Notes under the pieces: generated by a model
Seen by the model: the letters and a program-made list of their open reading frames with translations, nothing else
Database searches by the model: none
Told to the model about the DNA's origin: nothing
Translations under genes and position numbers: made by a program
Shown here: positions 61,301-64,000 of the stretch, in pieces
Position numbering within the stretch: the first letter of the stretch is position 1
How the letters are laid out: the number at the start of each line of letters is the position of its first letter
Source of the DNA: Takakia lepidozioides
Taxonomy: Eukaryota > Plantae > Bryophyta
Reading direction: 5' to 3'
Length of the DNA stretch: 64,000 bases
NCBI GenBank assembly: GCA_030704615.1
Contig: CM060732.1
Coordinates: 53,382,001-53,446,000 of the forward strand

Positions 61301-64000
61301 TGTACTTGCTGACCGTTTTTCGGCTTGTACAACCGTTGAAGGGCCAACCAGAATTTCTTGTCATTACCACCATGGTGGTTTGAGTTTATTTCACTGTATA
61401 ACTTGTCCCAGTATAATTTCTTCTGAGACCTAACAAGCTGATTGATATCTTTACAGAGCTGGTAGTGCCTTGCCCACAATTCTCTGTTGGTTTTCAAATT
61501 GCAGCACTCATTATAGAGGGCTCATCTCTCAGCTATCTTCAGTTTAATCTCATTGGTCCACCAATTAACAGCTCTACCGCAGACAATTAGTTTCCCCCCA
61601 ATGAAGAGAAAAAAGAAGAGACAAGAAAACAGAGAAGAGGAGGAAGAGATAACAAAGAGGTAAGTGGACTCCCTGTAGTAAGTTCTAATCCAGAAGTACA
61701 TTCAGTGGCAGCGAGTGGCGGTTTGCAACAGAGCAACCTCACAGCTGAAACCATAACATCTGTAAATGCGAGAGAGATAATGTAGTCGTAAGATGTTGTT
61801 TGCTGTCACCTTGTGGCCGTAGACCCCATGCCCAGTTTGGGCAAAAAAAAGGGAAATGCGAGAGAGAAACTGACCTCCTCTGCAAAAATTGTGGCGTAAG
61901 ATCCAGAACTGAAGTCAGCTATAGCCACTTCTGTTGTCTTGGCCCGAACTGTCAAATCAGTCTCCAGTGACACCACAAACCTGCAATTTCCTGCAGCCAG
62001 GTGAGTGGTGGCTGTGCAAAGTCTCAATCTGCACTCTCCTCTCCTGCAATTTTTCTATCTTTGCAATACTCACACACCAATTGTCATCTACTCTCTTTTC
62101 CTTGGTATCCAGCCGGTGACTCTGATAACTATAAATTCCCAGGGTCTACAAAAAACCAAGGGCTGAATCTAAGCTGCAGGCATGAGCAACAACTAACCTT
62201 GAGACAGCAGGGCAATAGTGGCTGCGTAGAGTCTCAATCTTTTTCTATCTTGCAATACTCACACACCAATTGGCATCTACTCTCTTTTCCTTGGTATCCA
62301 GCCGGTGACTCTGATAACTATAAATTCCCAGGGTCTACAAAAAACCAAGGGCTGAATCTAAGCTGCAGGCATGAGCAACAACTAACCTTGAGACAGCAGG
62401 GCAATAGTGGCTGCGTAGAGTCTCAATCTTTTTCTATCTTGCAATACTCACACACCAATTGGCATCTACTCTCTTTTCCTTGGTATCCAGCCGGTGACTC
62501 TGATAACTATAAATTCCCAGGGTCTACAAAAAACCAAGGGCTGAATCTAAGCTGCAGGCATGAGCAACAACTAACCTTGAGACAGCAGGGCAATAGTGGC
62601 TGCGTAGAGTCTCAATCTCCCACAGTGAACTTCCTGTGTCATCAAACCACCACGGTATTGTTCAGAGTCCTAGCACTCCAGACAACTCCAGCAAGCAGCA
62701 TTTTTACAAGCCTCACCACTAGACACGAGGGAAACTGCAAGTACAGAGGGTAAAGAGGGTCATCCCAAAATCACAATACTTACTAAGAGCATTACACTTG
62801 GCAATGTCAGGCTCAAAGGCCAGAAATGGGTCAGCCCCACGCCTGTGCACCTCACTGACCACAGCCACACTTCCGTTGTTTGTTTCCTCCTCTCTAGATG
62901 TGGGTGTTTCTGCCAAACCAGTGTCCTGTCCATTCCAGAAGATGCCCCTGACTAAGAGAGTCCTCAATGATCAGGGTGCACATGCAAGAAAATGATTTTC
63001 ATAATGTGGGATAGGGCAGCTACAGGGACGGCCCATGTTCTTGGCCCAGAAATGTTTTGGTTCCACTCCATTAGCTCTCAAGAGAATGCAGCTCTTTCAA
63101 TACGAGCTTACGCTGTGTTAATTGCAAACACAATGAGGGCATTAGAAGCATACTCGATGCACAAGACAGTTGATGGAAGGATGCCGCCGAAGCAAATTAT
63201 GAACCATAGCTATAATCAGCAGTGCACCAGCTGGTGGGGCTGACAATGCAAGGCGCCCCAACTTCTTAGCAAATGCGGCTGCCAGATAGGCCGGGAGATG
63301 TGATGACTTAAGACATGTGTCAATTAGCTGTCCCATTATCATCAACAATTCTTCAGTATGTGTCAGCCAATAAGGTTTAGTTTCATGAATCCTAAATCCT
63401 TTCTTCATCTCTAAGATCACAAGTAGTGTGGCCCATCTTCAGCGTACGTATCAAGCCCTCTGTGAAGAAAAAAGGAAGATAACCCTTCCTCACTGCAACA
63501 AGATTTTAATGAAGGCACAGACAGCTGAGGTGATAACAAAGCCTGAAACACATTCTTCAGCTCCTTGTCATGCTACTTTCTTGCTTCCTTCTCCTTCTTA
63601 TCAGAGAAATCTATTCACACGAAAATACGAAAACACCTCAACCAAGGAAGATGCAATTCAGGCATCCACAATGGGACCAAACCGAAAGGGCTGTTTAGAC
63701 AGGAACAACTTCAAACCATGTCAAGTGTAGCATGGATATATCTTCACAAGAAAAACTGAGCCAAAGACACGACTCCAATTATGCCTATACGGACCCCCAA
63801 ACCAAGGATGGGATGATGAGGGGACCTCAAAGAAGCGGGCCCGATGTTTGGCAACAAATATGGAAGGTTCCAGGAGGGCATAGAGCTTGTTGTAGAAGTC
63901 AGGATACTCCAGACCATGATTTGTCATGAGAATGAACAGACCATTTAGGGCCATCACGCTGATAAGGCCCCCTATGTCGCATGAGCTTGTTAAGAAGTCA
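58350..64000 (-). CDS. NOC4: Nucleolar complex protein 4 (CBF/Mak21 domain), 3' portion; gene continues beyond window
   Basis: Exons >=64000-63826, 63327-63154, 62925-62784, 62633-62576, 61980-61875, 58661-58350; MALNGLFILMTNHGLEYPDFYNKLYALL, SSHLPAYLAAAFAKKLGRLAL, HNLLRRHPSIN, SSLWEIETLRSHYCPAVSRFV. Confidence 0.93.
59265..59470 (+). repeat. Diverged ~110-bp tandem duplication in NOC4 last intron
   Basis: gtacaacatatMgattggctgcaa...gatgaagttatcag...caggcaacagcaatt...aagttagttct occurs at ~59265 and ~59376. Confidence 0.75.
59769..61600 (-). mobile_element. LINE RT fragment (RTEX/L2/CR1-like rather than L1) in NOC4 last intron
   Basis: Three frameshifted ORFs: KAGGPDGI, LYKKGDREEPGNYCGITLL, QAGFRRNRGCVDHIF, FLDVIKAYDTVWRDGL, GVAQGCTLSPLLF, LMFADD, YTYLGV, ALEYGSAIW. 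Confidence 0.92.
62050..62617. repeat. Three near-identical 189-bp tandem repeats spanning a NOC4 exon/intron junction
   Basis: Period 189 bp (donor-adjacent base at 62198, 62387, 62576); produces the spurious repetitive ORF 62001-62753. Confidence 0.95.

Noticed and set aside
62001-62753. 250-aa repetitive ORF on plus strand
   Set aside because: By-product of the 189-bp repeat (multiple of 3), antisense to NOC4, starts at GTG

Overview
Eukaryotic nuclear DNA from a plant, probably a non-seed plant (inferred from PLS-class PPR style, Crinkler-like gene and LINE types; species not determinable). Apparently intact host genes: two-exon F-box protein (-), intronless U-box/ARM E3 ligase (+), 10-exon transglutaminase-like protein (-) head-to-head with 13-exon ATG1 kinase (+), U6 snRNA with USE+TATA promoter (-), intronless CK1-like probable pseudokinase (+), and the 3' part of NOC4 (-). 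Damaged genes: PLS-PPR with broken E domain plus an inverted PPR fragment, and a Crinkler-like pseudogene. Mobile DNA: internally deleted L1-type LINE, RTEX/L2-like LINE in a NOC4 intron, serial LINE 3' ends inside (CT)n tracts in ATG1 introns, and a CACTA-type non-autonomous element with 3-bp TSD. The most unusual region is a compact, same-strand, decayed cassette at ~10.7-15.2 kb: an ORF whose read-through frame encodes RNA polymerase II CTD-like Y-S-P repeats lies upstream of two tandem FCP1/SCP-type CTD-phosphatase-like ORFs, suggesting a selfish-element CTD-mimic/phosphatase module. Gene models were built by eye from splice signals and frame continuity; no database searches were run.
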